Below are positions 46,710 to 56,329 of a DNA stretch of 64,000 nt, one piece after another (position 1 is the first letter of the stretch; each line of letters starts with the position of its first letter). The notes beneath the pieces are model-generated. The model was given only the letters and a program-made list of their open reading frames with translations. It did no database searches and was not told where the DNA came from. The translations under genes were made by a program, and so were the position numbers. This DNA is from Bdellovibrionales bacterium (GTDB lineage Bacteria > Bdellovibrionota > Bdellovibrionia > Bdellovibrionales > UBA1609), in assembly GCA_965203095.1 (NCBI GenBank), contig OZ241877.1:640001-704000 (forward strand). Direction: 5' to 3'.

Positions 46710-49700
46710 ATGAATACAAAGATTAAAAATAAAGGATCAGAATGGAATATATGGGATCTGCATATACATACACCAGCTTCTTTTCACTGGAAGGGTGGAT
46801 CTAAGTTTCAAAAAATGAGTGATGAAAACATAAGATCATCTTGTTTGGAAATTATCAAAAAGATAAATTCATCAGAACCAATTGCTTATGCAGTCGTAGA
46901 TTATTTTACTTTTGACGGAATACTGAAAATCAGAGAATTTTCAGAAGAAAATCCTTTGAAAAAAACAATATTCCCTGGTATTGAATTAAGGATTGAAGCT
47001 CCCACAAATTTTAGACCTAATATTCAAGTTCTTTTTTCAGAAAATATCACAGATCAAGAGCTGAGAGACTTTAAAAGTGAATTAAAAATATTTGGAACAG
47101 AAAGACCACTCTCTGAAGAAGCAATAATAAAAGTTGCAAAAACTTTAACCTCAGACAAAGCTAAAGAACATATTGGAAATCAAGAATATAAAACAAATGA
47201 TGATATAGCTTATCAGCTTGGATGCAAAACTATTGCAATAACCAGAAATTCTTTTGAGGAGGCTGTCAAAAACTTAGGAAAAGATAAATGTCTTGTTATA
47301 CTTCCTTATGAGACTTTTAATGGTATTAGCCAATTAAATTGGCAGAAACACCCAATAGAAGATATGTATTACCTTGGCATGGCTGATTTTTTTGAATCCA
47401 GAAAATCAGAATATATAGATCTTTTTTTAGGGAGAGAAACAGAAAAAAATGAAAAATTTTTTGACAATTTTCAACAAGCTATAGGTGGCAGGCCAAAGCC
47501 TGTTTTGTCTGGTTCAGATGCACATAAGATAGAAGATTATGGGAAATTCCCACATGACAAAAAAACATGGTTAAAAGCTGAGCCAACTTTTAAGGGATTG
47601 CGTCAAGTTATTGCAGAACCTAAAGAAAGATGTTTTATTGGAGAAAAACCTGAAAAATTAAAAATTATCAAATCTAAGGCCACAAAATTTATATCAAAAA
47701 TAAAAATTGAAAAAAAGCAGGGAAATGATTTTCCTGAAAAATGGTTTAACAATGAAGTATATTTCAATCCTGAATTGATAGCAGTCATTGGAAATAAAGG
47801 TTCCGGAAAAAGTGCATTGACTGACATTTTAGGACTTCTTGGTGGTTCAAAGCAATATGCCTCATTTTCTTTTTTGAATAAGAAAAAATTTTTAAGTAAA
47901 AATGGAGAAAAAGCCAAACATTTCCAAGCTACTCTATATTGGGAAAATCAAGAGAGCAATCAAAAAAATTTAAACGATGCAGTTAGTTCAACTGAAATAG
48001 AAAAGATAAAATATATACCACAGTCCTATTTGGAAAATTTATGTAATGAAATTAACTCACAAAACAATTTATTTGATAGAGAATTAAAAAATGTAATTTT
48101 TTCTCACATATCTTATGAGAAAAAGTTAGGATATGATAACCTTGATTCTTTATTGAAATTTAAAACAGAGGAAATAAATCAGGAAATATCTAATTTCAGA
48201 ATGGAATTAAAAAGTATAACAAAAAATATTTTAGATAACAGAAGAAAAATAACTGAAGAATATAAAACAAACCTTGCAAATAGGTTGTCCGCAAAACAAA
48301 AGGAGCTTGAGGCTGTTAAAAGCTCAAAACCTGAAGAAGTTTTAAAGCCAGAAATTGATAACATCGATCCTGCTACAAAAGAAAAAATTAAAAAATTAGA
48401 ACAATTAAAATTAGAGGAAAAAGAAATAGAAAATGAAATTAAATCATTAGAGACTGAGATTGGTTCTCTTAGAAAAAAGAAAGCCACCTTAGATAAAGCG
48501 ATTGCTCAAATTAAACTTTTAGAACAAGATGTTATAAAAAAATCGCACGAAGTGAGAAAATTATTAGAGAGCGTGGGCTGTAATGAGCCTAATATCATTA
48601 CATTTGATTCAAAAATTATAGATTTAGAGAAATTGTCTAATAAGTGGGGTCAGAAGTTAAAAGCAAAGTCAGAATTAGTTGATGTTTTTTCAAGCCATGA
48701 AGAAAACAGTTTATGGTTTAAAAGACAGAATATTCAAGATAAGATAAAAAAGATTTCTGAAGAAATTGATGAACCAAATAAAAAATTCCACAAATACTTA
48801 TCAGACTTTGAAAATTGGAAACAAAAAGTTCAACTTATCCAAGGAGATGAAAATAAACCTGATACAGTGAGCTACTTAAATACAGAATTGAGCAAAATCA
48901 ATAGCATTCCAACGAAAATAACTGATCTTGAAAAGCAAAGAAACGATTTAGTGAAGAAAATTTATGGTAAAATAAGTGAGTTATCTCAAATTTATAGAGA
49001 GTTTTATGATCCTGTTCAAAAGTTTATTTCAGCAAAACCTTTTGAAGAGGATATATTTAAAATTTCTTTTAAGGTGGAAATTATAGATAAAAGTTTCAAA
49101 ACTGATTTTTTTAACTTGATCAACAGAAACAAATCAGGAACTTTTTATGGAAATGAAAACAGTGAAAAAAGAATAAATCGTTTGCTTGATTCCTTTGATT
49201 TTAATAAGTTAGAGGATGTAATACAATTTGTCGATACTGTCTTTAATCAATTAGAAAATGATTATAGAGAAACTGAACCAAAGAAAACCAGATTTGAACT
49301 TCAGGCAAGAGATCCAAAGCACCCAGAGAACCTTTATAACATGATTTTTGGATTGGAATATCTTGAGCCAAAATATTCCCTACAACTGAATGACAAAAAC
49401 ATTGCTCAATTATCACCTGGAGAGAGAGGAACATTATTATTGATTTTCTATTTAATGATTGATAAAGATGATAAACCTTTAATTTTAGATCAACCTGAAG
49501 AGAATCTTGATAATCAAACGATATTTAAAGTTTTGGTCCCTTGTATTAAAAAAGCGAAAAAAAGCAGACAAGTATTTTTGGTCACACATAACCCAAACTT
49601 AGCTGTGGTATGTGATGCCAAACAGATAATTGTGGCTTCAATCGATAAAACAAACAATAATGCTGTTCATTATCATTCTGGAGCGATTGAAAATCCTGAG

Positions 49701-49793
49701 ACAAATAAAAAAGTTTTAGATATATTGGAAGGCACAAAACCTGCATTTGAAAACAGAGAAAACAAATATCAAAATTTAAAACCTTCATCTTGA
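46710..49793 (+). CDS. PHP phosphoesterase fused to coiled-coil ABC ATPase (TrlF/Ppl-like defence protein)
   Basis: WDLHIHTPAS, GIE, GSDAH (PHP); GNKGSGKS, LSPGERG, LDQPEENLDN, VTHN (ABC ATPase). Confidence 0.85.
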   Translation: MNTKIKNKGSEWNIWDLHIHTPASFHWKGGSKFQKMSDENIRSSCLEIIKKINSSEPIAYAVVDYFTFDGILKIREFSEENPLKKTIFPGIELRIEAPTNFRPNIQVLFSENITDQELRDFKSELKIFGTERPLSEEAIIKVAKTLTSDKAKEHIGNQEYKTNDDIAYQLGCKTIAITRNSFEEAVKNLGKDKCLVILPYETFNGISQLNWQKHPIEDMYYLGMADFFESRKSEYIDLFLGRETEKNEKFFDNFQQAIGGRPKPVLSGSDAHKIEDYGKFPHDKKTWLKAEPTFKGLRQVIAEPKERCFIGEKPEKLKIIKSKATKFISKIKIEKKQGNDFPEKWFNNEVYFNPELIAVIGNKGSGKSALTDILGLLGGSKQYASFSFLNKKKFLSKNGEKAKHFQATLYWENQESNQKNLNDAVSSTEIEKIKYIPQSYLENLCNEINSQNNLFDRELKNVIFSHISYEKKLGYDNLDSLLKFKTEEINQEISNFRMELKSITKNILDNRRKITEEYKTNLANRLSAKQKELEAVKSSKPEEVLKPEIDNIDPATKEKIKKLEQLKLEEKEIENEIKSLETEIGSLRKKKATLDKAIAQIKLLEQDVIKKSHEVRKLLESVGCNEPNIITFDSKIIDLEKLSNKWGQKLKAKSELVDVFSSHEENSLWFKRQNIQDKIKKISEEIDEPNKKFHKYLSDFENWKQKVQLIQGDENKPDTVSYLNTELSKINSIPTKITDLEKQRNDLVKKIYGKISELSQIYREFYDPVQKFISAKPFEEDIFKISFKVEIIDKSFKTDFFNLINRNKSGTFYGNENSEKRINRLLDSFDFNKLEDVIQFVDTVFNQLENDYRETEPKKTRFELQARDPKHPENLYNMIFGLEYLEPKYSLQLNDKNIAQLSPGERGTLLLIFYLMIDKDDKPLILDQPEENLDNQTIFKVLVPCIKKAKKSRQVFLVTHNPNLAVVCDAKQIIVASIDKTNNNAVHYHSGAIENPETNKKVLDILEGTKPAFENRENKYQNLKPSS

Positions 49794-49835
49794 TTCTTTT
49801 ATGGATGTGAAGATAAAGAAAAATCAAGGATAGGT

Positions 49836-50543
49836 ATGGCAGGCTTATCGAGTATTGAATGGACAGAGGCGACTTGGAATCCTCTAACAGGCTGTAATAC
49901 AATCAGTCCGGGTTGTAAAAACTGCTATGCAGAAAGGTTGTCGTATCGTCTTCAAAAAATGGGGCAATCCAATTATAGAAACGGCTTTGAGCTGACTTTA
50001 CATGAATCCAGTTTGCAAATCCCTGCACAGTGGAACAAACCACGAATGATTTTTGTCAATTCTATGAGTGATCTTTTTCATAAAGCTGTTCCTCTCTCTT
50101 TTATTAAAAAAGTTTTTGAGGTTATGAATGATTTGCCTCAACATAAATTTCAAGTTCTAACTAAAAGAGCAGATCGTTTAGAGCAAATAGCCCATAAACT
50201 GAATTGGACTTCCAATATATGGATGGGTGTTAGTGTGGAAAGTGCAAAATACAAATTTCGTATCCAGCATCTTTTAAGAACACCGGCCAAAATCAAATTT
50301 TTATCGCTGGAGCCTCTTTTAGAGCCTTTGTCTCGTCTTAAACTTAAAGGCATTGATTGGGTGATAGTAGGAGGAGAGTCCGGGCCAAAAGCCAGACCTA
50401 TGAAAAAGGAATGGGTGCTTTCCCTTCGCGACCAATGCATTAGGAAAAAAACTCCGTTCTTTTTTAAACAATGGGGAGGAGTGCGAAAGCACAAAACCGG
50501 ACGACTGCTTGAAGGCAGAACTTGGGATGAAATGCCCTTCTAA
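49836..50543 (+). CDS. DUF5131 / phage Gp37-Gp68 family protein (radical-SAM-like)
   Basis: [56 protein letters not shown]. Confidence 0.9.
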   Translation: MAGLSSIEWTEATWNPLTGCNTISPGCKNCYAERLSYRLQKMGQSNYRNGFELTLHESSLQIPAQWNKPRMIFVNSMSDLFHKAVPLSFIKKVFEVMNDLPQHKFQVLTKRADRLEQIAHKLNWTSNIWMGVSVESAKYKFRIQHLLRTPAKIKFLSLEPLLEPLSRLKLKGIDWVIVGGESGPKARPMKKEWVLSLRDQCIRKKTPFFFKQWGGVRKHKTGRLLEGRTWDEMPF

Positions 50544-50544
50544 T

Positions 50545-50642
50545 CGCCTGCCAGAAAGCCCTGTCCTTCCTCACAAAGCAAGATTTCTGGATTCCCGTTT
50601 GCACGGGGGAGCCAAAAAGCTTGGGGAGCTTTTTGGCAAAAT
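50545..50642. repeat. composite palindromic repeat, inverted orientation
   Basis: TGGATTCCCGTTTGCACGGGG plus GCCAAAAAGCT..AGCTTTTTGGC hairpin. Confidence 0.7.
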
Positions 50643-50923
50643 GAGACTTTTTCAAAAGGGACTAATGTAGTTATTAAAAAGGAGGGATAACTTTTTATCC
50701 GTTTCCTTATGCAAAAACAGGCATTTTGACGCCGTTTGTTAATCTCTGGAAAAATATATAAAATAAAGGATTTTATGAAAACTGGGTTTTGGGCTGGTTA
50801 TAGACGGGTCATGGCCCAGTCACTATGAACCTTTTTTAGCTAAAAACAAAGAGCTTTAAACAAATTTGTTGTTTTTCTTTTGGATTGAGATATAATACCA
50901 TAAGCAGAAAAGCAGGGTTATCC

Positions 50924-51114
50924 TGCTCAAAGGCAAACATTTTCTTGTTTTTGAAAATTTAAGAGGATATGTAAAAAACGAGAACTTTGTAGAAAATCTG
51001 AAAAACATAGTTCTTAAAACAATAGAATTGGATAAACTACCTGAGCGAGATGTAGATACATTAAAATATAGGAAAAACCATCATCATATAAAAATTCCAT
51101 TAAAAAATAATTAG
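50924..51114 (+). pseudogene. 3' fragment (third copy) of the 41437/53226 hypothetical gene
   Basis: Translates KHFLVFENLRGYVKNENFVENLKNIVLK...HIKIPLKNN*, matching the C-terminus of both paralogs. Confidence 0.8.
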
Positions 51115-51140
51115 TTTAAAAAAACACAAGGAGGTGTTTT

Positions 51141-51560
51141 GTGAAACATAATCAAAGAGATTTATTACTTAGTATTCATTTTGAATACGCAATAAAAATA
51201 GTGAATGGTTTAAAAACTATAGAACTTAGAAGAAAATTTCCACTTTTTAAAGAAGAGGACGAAAAGAAAATTTTTGTTTATGCTTGCTCCCCAATTTCAC
51301 AAATTATAGGAGAATGTGAATTAAAAGAAGTGAAAAAATTTTCATTAAAGAGGCTTTGGAATGAAACAAAAGATTCTGCTATGATAGATCAATATTCGTT
51401 TAAAAAATATTTTAAAAATTGTATTTTTGGCTTTGCTTTATATCTTAATAATCCAGTAAAATATGATCAATTTATAGGATTAAAACAGATTTTTGGACAA
51501 AATAACAGCCCTCCTCAATCCTATAGATATATGGCTAAATCTGTAATAGTAACGGCTTGA
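51141..51560 (+). CDS. ASCH/PUA-like domain protein
   Basis: LLSIH.EYA.KIVNGLKTIELRR, VYACSP..IIGE, PPQSYRY; GTG start after AGGAGG. Confidence 0.85.
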   Translation: MKHNQRDLLLSIHFEYAIKIVNGLKTIELRRKFPLFKEEDEKKIFVYACSPISQIIGECELKEVKKFSLKRLWNETKDSAMIDQYSFKKYFKNCIFGFALYLNNPVKYDQFIGLKQIFGQNNSPPQSYRYMAKSVIVTA

Positions 51561-51579
51561 TTCCTAAGGTGGTTTTATA

Positions 51580-53109
51580 GTGGATAAAATTTATTTTCTT
51601 ATAGATACAAATATTTTTATACAACTGGAAGATAATCAAATTGTAAAGGAATCATTTGCAAAGTTTCATAATCTCTGTAATAAACATTCTGTTGTAATCT
51701 TCACTCATCCTTTATCAAGAGAGGAAATAGAAAAAGATAAAAATAAACAAAGAAGAGATGAAACTTTAAGTAAAATTGATAAATATACACAGATTGAGGA
51801 TCCTCCATCAATAGATAAAACTCAATTAGAATCCCGATTTGGAGCAATTAAAAAATCCAATGATGAAATCGACTGCCAAATGCTTTACACCTTAATAAAA
51901 AACGCTGTTTCTTTTTTGGTGACAGAAGATATAGGCATTCATCAAAGGGCTAAACTTGCATCTATTAAAAATAAAGTCTTGACTGTTAATCAAGCTAACA
52001 ATATGTTAGAGCGATTATTTCCAAAACCAATAGAATTTTCTTTGCCAGAAATTAAAAATACTTATATTCGCAATGTAAATCATGATGATATAATTTTTGA
52101 CAGCTTAAATAGTGATTATGACAATTTTGCTGATTGGATAAAAAAGTGTTCCATAGAACAGGTTAAGGCATGGATTATTAAAAATTCAGAAGATAAGTTG
52201 GAATCTATCTGTATCTATAAAGAAGCTAAAAATGAAGATTATACCTTATATGACCTTCCAAAAAAATCATTAAAACTTGCAACATTTAAAGTTGCAGAAT
52301 CTCATAGAGGAAAAAAATTAGGGGAATTGATGCTAAAACAAGCGTTTCTTTATTCTGTAAAAAATAATTTTAAATCTTGTTGGATGACAGTATTTTCAAG
52401 ATATGAAATTTTAATTGGTTTTATAAAAGATTTTGGTTTTTTTGAAATTGGAAAAACAAAATTGATAGACAAAAAAACAAATAAACCAGAATTAGTTTTT
52501 AAAAAAGATTTTACTAAACCAAAAAAAAGTGAATTGAAAGGTTTAGATTTTCATATAAAACACTTTCCTTTTTATGATGATAGCAATGATATAGGAAAAT
52601 ACATCATTCCCATAAAGAAAAAATACCATAAAACACTTTTTCCGGAGTATGAGGAGCTTTTTTCTCCTCCTTTAGTAGACAATCAGTATTTTTTTCCAGG
52701 AATGGATAGAATAACAAATAATATTCCAGGGCATACAATAAAAAAAGTATATCTTTGTCATTCTCCAACAACGCAGTTAAAGTTAAGTGATTTATTACTT
52801 TTTTATATTTCTTCCCCAAAACAAGCTATTTGTTCAATGGGCATCATTGAGTCGGTTTTTCGCTCAGATAAACTCAGTAAAATAGTTTCTCATATAGGAA
52901 AAAGATCTGTTTATTCTTTTTCAGAAATACAAGAGATGACAAAAAGAGAAACACTGGTAATAGCTTTTAGGCTCATAAAACATTTTAAAAAAGAAGTTTC
53001 ATTTAATACTTTAAAAAAAGAACAAATAATAAAAGGCCCACCTCAGTCAATCCAAAAATTAAAAAATGAATCCTATGATAAATTTAACAAACTTGTTGAA
53101 ACAAATTGA
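51580..53109 (+). CDS. PIN - GNAT acetyltransferase - EVE/ASCH-like multidomain protein
   Basis: LIDTNIFI..LVTED (PIN), KLATFKV...RGKKLGELML (GNAT), IKKVYLC..LLFY.S..GPPQSI (PUA-like). Confidence 0.8.
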   Translation: MDKIYFLIDTNIFIQLEDNQIVKESFAKFHNLCNKHSVVIFTHPLSREEIEKDKNKQRRDETLSKIDKYTQIEDPPSIDKTQLESRFGAIKKSNDEIDCQMLYTLIKNAVSFLVTEDIGIHQRAKLASIKNKVLTVNQANNMLERLFPKPIEFSLPEIKNTYIRNVNHDDIIFDSLNSDYDNFADWIKKCSIEQVKAWIIKNSEDKLESICIYKEAKNEDYTLYDLPKKSLKLATFKVAESHRGKKLGELMLKQAFLYSVKNNFKSCWMTVFSRYEILIGFIKDFGFFEIGKTKLIDKKTNKPELVFKKDFTKPKKSELKGLDFHIKHFPFYDDSNDIGKYIIPIKKKYHKTLFPEYEELFSPPLVDNQYFFPGMDRITNNIPGHTIKKVYLCHSPTTQLKLSDLLLFYISSPKQAICSMGIIESVFRSDKLSKIVSHIGKRSVYSFSEIQEMTKRETLVIAFRLIKHFKKEVSFNTLKKEQIIKGPPQSIQKLKNESYDKFNKLVETN

Positions 53110-53179
53110 CCAACAGGTTTATAAACTTTACAATCTCACTTCAAAAGATATTGAGATTATTGAAAAAAATAAAAGATAA
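53099..53179 (+). pseudogene. third copy of the type IIG R-M 3' tail
   Basis: Translates KQIDQQVYKLYNLTSKDIEIIEKNKR*; overlaps the stop codon of the PIN-GNAT gene. Confidence 0.75.
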
Positions 53180-53225
53180 CTTAAAAAGGTATTTTGGAAT
53201 TTTCAACAACTATAAAGAAAAAACG

Positions 53226-54443
53226 ATGACAAAAGATCAAAAAAAATCAAAACTCTCTCTCATTTTAAAATGGATACCTTTTCAGTTTAAATATAAAAAG
53301 CAAATATTATATTTTGTATTTCCAGTTTGTTTGTTAGTGTTATTTTTAGGTGATTCGTTTGCATCAAAGCTATCCCTTGTAGCTTCCATTGTTGCTCTTA
53401 TTGTGGCTTGGCGGGCCTATCGATTACAAAAAAAATCAGAAAAAGATTTAAAGCAAATTGAAGAGAATATCTATATTTTGAAAGCGGAAGGACAAAAAAT
53501 TCAAAAAAATGTTGAACAAATAAAAAACACTTCTTCTAAAATGCAGGAATATGTCAACAAGTCTTATTTTCAAGTAGAGAGAACAACTGCACTCAACAAA
53601 TATCCCGACAGGGAGGAATTTAAAAAAATTAACGAAGCCTATCTGCCTTTTATATTTGCCTTATTTGATCCTTATGATAAACCCATTATTGGCATACAAA
53701 TCCATCCAGACAATTCAGAAGAGGATTTAAGATATGATATAGAAGTAGTTAAAAATGAGATAAATATACCAAAAAAAGAGAGGTTTTTATATTCAAATTT
53801 TTACATTATTAAAATTTTAGCTCCGGCCTTTTCAGGAGGTTTGACAGAAGAGGATTTACAGAAATATAAACACAGCCCGATAAAAGAAGGCGAATATTAT
53901 GCTTGTAGATTTGATCAGATGCAATGTTCCTGGATTCTAAGTCAAAGACTAACTATCGGCTCAAAAGAAAAACCCGGATTTTTCAAATTTTATCCCTCTG
54001 GTTCTATATCTGAAGCTGAGATTGTTCCCTCCGCAAATGAGGTTATGGGATACAATCAAAACAAATATCCTGGCAGTGAATATACTCTCCTTGGTCGGTT
54101 TATAGTAGATGAGACTGGCAATTTTCCTGCAAGAGCTGGAGATTTTTTTAAGTTATTTAAAAAAGAGAATCAGGTTTTCTTTACTATCAATGATTCTCCT
54201 TTAAAAGAGATATATATTCTTAAAACTTGGATCCATGCTCAAAGCAAATATTTTCTTGTTTTTGAAAACCTAAGAGGATATATAAAAAATCAAAATTTTG
54301 TAGAAAATCTAAAAAACAGAATCTTTGAGAAAATTAACTGGAATGATTTGCTTGAAAAAAGTATGGATGAAATCAAATATGAAAAAAACCATCATATAAA
54401 AATCCCATTAGAGAATCATAAAAACCAGCTTAAGCCCTCCTGA
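53226..54443 (+). CDS. hypothetical membrane-anchored protein (paralog of 41437-42570)
   Basis: Shares LSLVASIVAL...IPLENHKNQ with the first copy; has an extra N-terminal TM segment. Confidence 0.75.
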   Translation: MTKDQKKSKLSLILKWIPFQFKYKKQILYFVFPVCLLVLFLGDSFASKLSLVASIVALIVAWRAYRLQKKSEKDLKQIEENIYILKAEGQKIQKNVEQIKNTSSKMQEYVNKSYFQVERTTALNKYPDREEFKKINEAYLPFIFALFDPYDKPIIGIQIHPDNSEEDLRYDIEVVKNEINIPKKERFLYSNFYIIKILAPAFSGGLTEEDLQKYKHSPIKEGEYYACRFDQMQCSWILSQRLTIGSKEKPGFFKFYPSGSISEAEIVPSANEVMGYNQNKYPGSEYTLLGRFIVDETGNFPARAGDFFKLFKKENQVFFTINDSPLKEIYILKTWIHAQSKYFLVFENLRGYIKNQNFVENLKNRIFEKINWNDLLEKSMDEIKYEKNHHIKIPLENHKNQLKPS

Positions 54444-54510
54444 ACCTAGGATAATATTAAAACTACAATACTCAATTTACTTCTTCTATCTTAGAAAATT
54501 TTAAAAGATA

Positions 54511-55047
54511 TTAATTTTTCTCACCTAAATTATACAGTTTTTCAAGATGATTAAAAACAGTAAAAATGTCAGAGAAATTATCAAAAAATAGCTTTTTGTC
54601 TGATAATACATAATTTCCAGAAAACATTTTTCCTATGAGAGTATTTGAGTCAATCAATTCTTCTTCTTGATTTGTTGCATGCTTCTTATTATATGGATCA
54701 TATTTATAGCATCTTGCTATAGGTCTATTAGAATCATCTAAATTCATTAAATCTTGTATAGATTGGATTTCAAGAGAATTCAACATTTCACAAACTTCAA
54801 AGTCTTTAACTATAGTTTCTAACTCCGGTTTATATTTTGTAGCTTCTCTTATCCAATCAATTAACTCAGAGATAGCAATTCCAGATAAAAATGAAAGTGT
54901 TCCTGTTAAAATATTCGATCCAACACATTCATCGATTGTTTTGCCTTCAGAAAAAGAAGGAGAACATATAAATAAACTTGTTATGAAGATAAATTTTTTA
55001 ATTTTAGATTTCCACATTTTTTCCTCCTTAGTGATATTGATTTTCAC
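54511..55047 (-). CDS. hypothetical exported protein (start probably MWKSK)
   Basis: Signal-peptide-like N-terminus after an AGGAG RBS; third gene of a small operon. Confidence 0.55.
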   Translation of the reverse strand: MKINITKEEKMWKSKIKKFIFITSLFICSPSFSEGKTIDECVGSNILTGTLSFLSGIAISELIDWIREATKYKPELETIVKDFEVCEMLNSLEIQSIQDLMNLDDSNRPIARCYKYDPYNKKHATNQEEELIDSNTLIGKMFSGNYVLSDKKLFFDNFSDIFTVFNHLEKLYNLGEKN

Positions 55048-55288
55048 ATTCTACAACAGCCCCTTTTATACATTCATTAAATTCACTCTGACACTCTTCA
55101 TTGCTTTTTTTATCATACAATTTGCAGATTTCTTTTTTACTATTACAGTTTTTTGTTTCTCTTGATTTACATCTTTCAATTCTATTTTTAAATAATTTGC
55201 TTTTAAACGATTTTTTTTGAATAGAATGACAACTAAAAAGTGGAATACATATAATTAGAAGACTACAACATTTAAACATTTGATACAC
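55028..55288 (-). CDS. small Cys-rich putative lipoprotein
   Basis: Lipobox-like LFSC; six-Cys domain shared with the neighbouring gene. Confidence 0.6.
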   Translation of the reverse strand: MYQMFKCCSLLIICIPLFSCHSIQKKSFKSKLFKNRIERCKSRETKNCNSKKEICKLYDKKSNEECQSEFNECIKGAVVECENQYH

Positions 55289-55301
55289 TCCTGGTTATTA
55301 T

Positions 55302-55574
55302 TTAGGTTTCGTCTTCACATTTTAAAGCAGATTCTTTTTTACATTTATTAAATTCACTTTGACACTCTTCATTGCTTTTTTTATCGTATAATTTGCAGAC
55401 TTTCCTTTTACTATTACAGTTGTTTGTTTCTCTTGATTTACATCTTTCAATTCTATTTTTCTCTATTTTGGTTTTAAATGTTTTTTTTTGAAAATAAGGT
55501 TTTCCAAATAAATATGTAAATATAAGAACAATGGCTACTATAAGGATTATTGATAAGGTTTTTAAAAAATTCAT
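55302..55574 (-). CDS. small Cys-rich membrane-anchored protein (tandem paralog)
   Basis: N-terminal TM helix; NRIERCKSRET.NCNSK..CKLYDKKSNEECQSEFN.C domain. Confidence 0.6.
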   Translation of the reverse strand: MNFLKTLSIILIVAIVLIFTYLFGKPYFQKKTFKTKIEKNRIERCKSRETNNCNSKRKVCKLYDKKSNEECQSEFNKCKKESALKCEDET

Positions 55575-55912
55575 TATTTGCTCTCCATAAATTTAAATTC
55601 AACAATAATAAAACCGGTTAGGCCATACTTAGGAAGCTACCCTCCATTTTGAAAAGCAAAGGGTAAGGGCAACTTTTTTTATTATATATCAAGGCTTTTT
55701 TATTTGTAAATAATTTTACATAATGCGTCAAATCTATAAGTCAATTTTGCTCTTCTAAAACTTGGTATTAGAGGGATTTCTGATTCATGAAGTGCTTTTA
55801 TTGAAACAATAATTATTCAAAAAAACTGAATTGACATCTTGACTTCATCAATAAGGATCAGTTATGGATATTTTCTTATCGGGCAAAGAAAGAAATAAAA
55901 AAGGAGGCATCC

Positions 55913-56329
55913 ATGCGTGATTACAATATATTTATCAGCCATTCATGGTCTTATTCTGATAAATATGACAAGCTTATTGAAATGTTGAAAACAGCATCAT
56001 ATTTTTCTTTCAGAGATTTTTCTGTGCCAAAAGATGATCCCATCCATAATGCTTCTACATCTCAAGATTTATATAACGCCATAAAACAACAAATATCCCC
56101 AGTAAGTGTTGTTTTGATTCTTGCAGGAGTTTACGCAAGTTACAGTAAATGGATTGATAAAGAAATTCATATTGCTCAATCCGGGTTTTCTTTTCCAAAA
56201 AAAATTTTGGCTGTTGAGCCTTGGGGCAGTGAAAAAACCTCTAAGCTTGTAAAAAATAATGCTGACAAAATTGTTGGTTGGAATGGTCAAAGCATAGCAG
56301 ATGCCATAAAAGAGCTGGTTAATGAATGA
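55913..56329 (+). CDS. TIR domain protein (MTH538/DUF1863, ThsB-like)
   Basis: IFISHSW, DFSVPKDDP, SKWIDKEI (catalytic Glu position), KILAVEPWG, IVGWN; AGGAGG RBS. Confidence 0.88.
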   Translation: MRDYNIFISHSWSYSDKYDKLIEMLKTASYFSFRDFSVPKDDPIHNASTSQDLYNAIKQQISPVSVVLILAGVYASYSKWIDKEIHIAQSGFSFPKKILAVEPWGSEKTSKLVKNNADKIVGWNGQSIADAIKELVNE

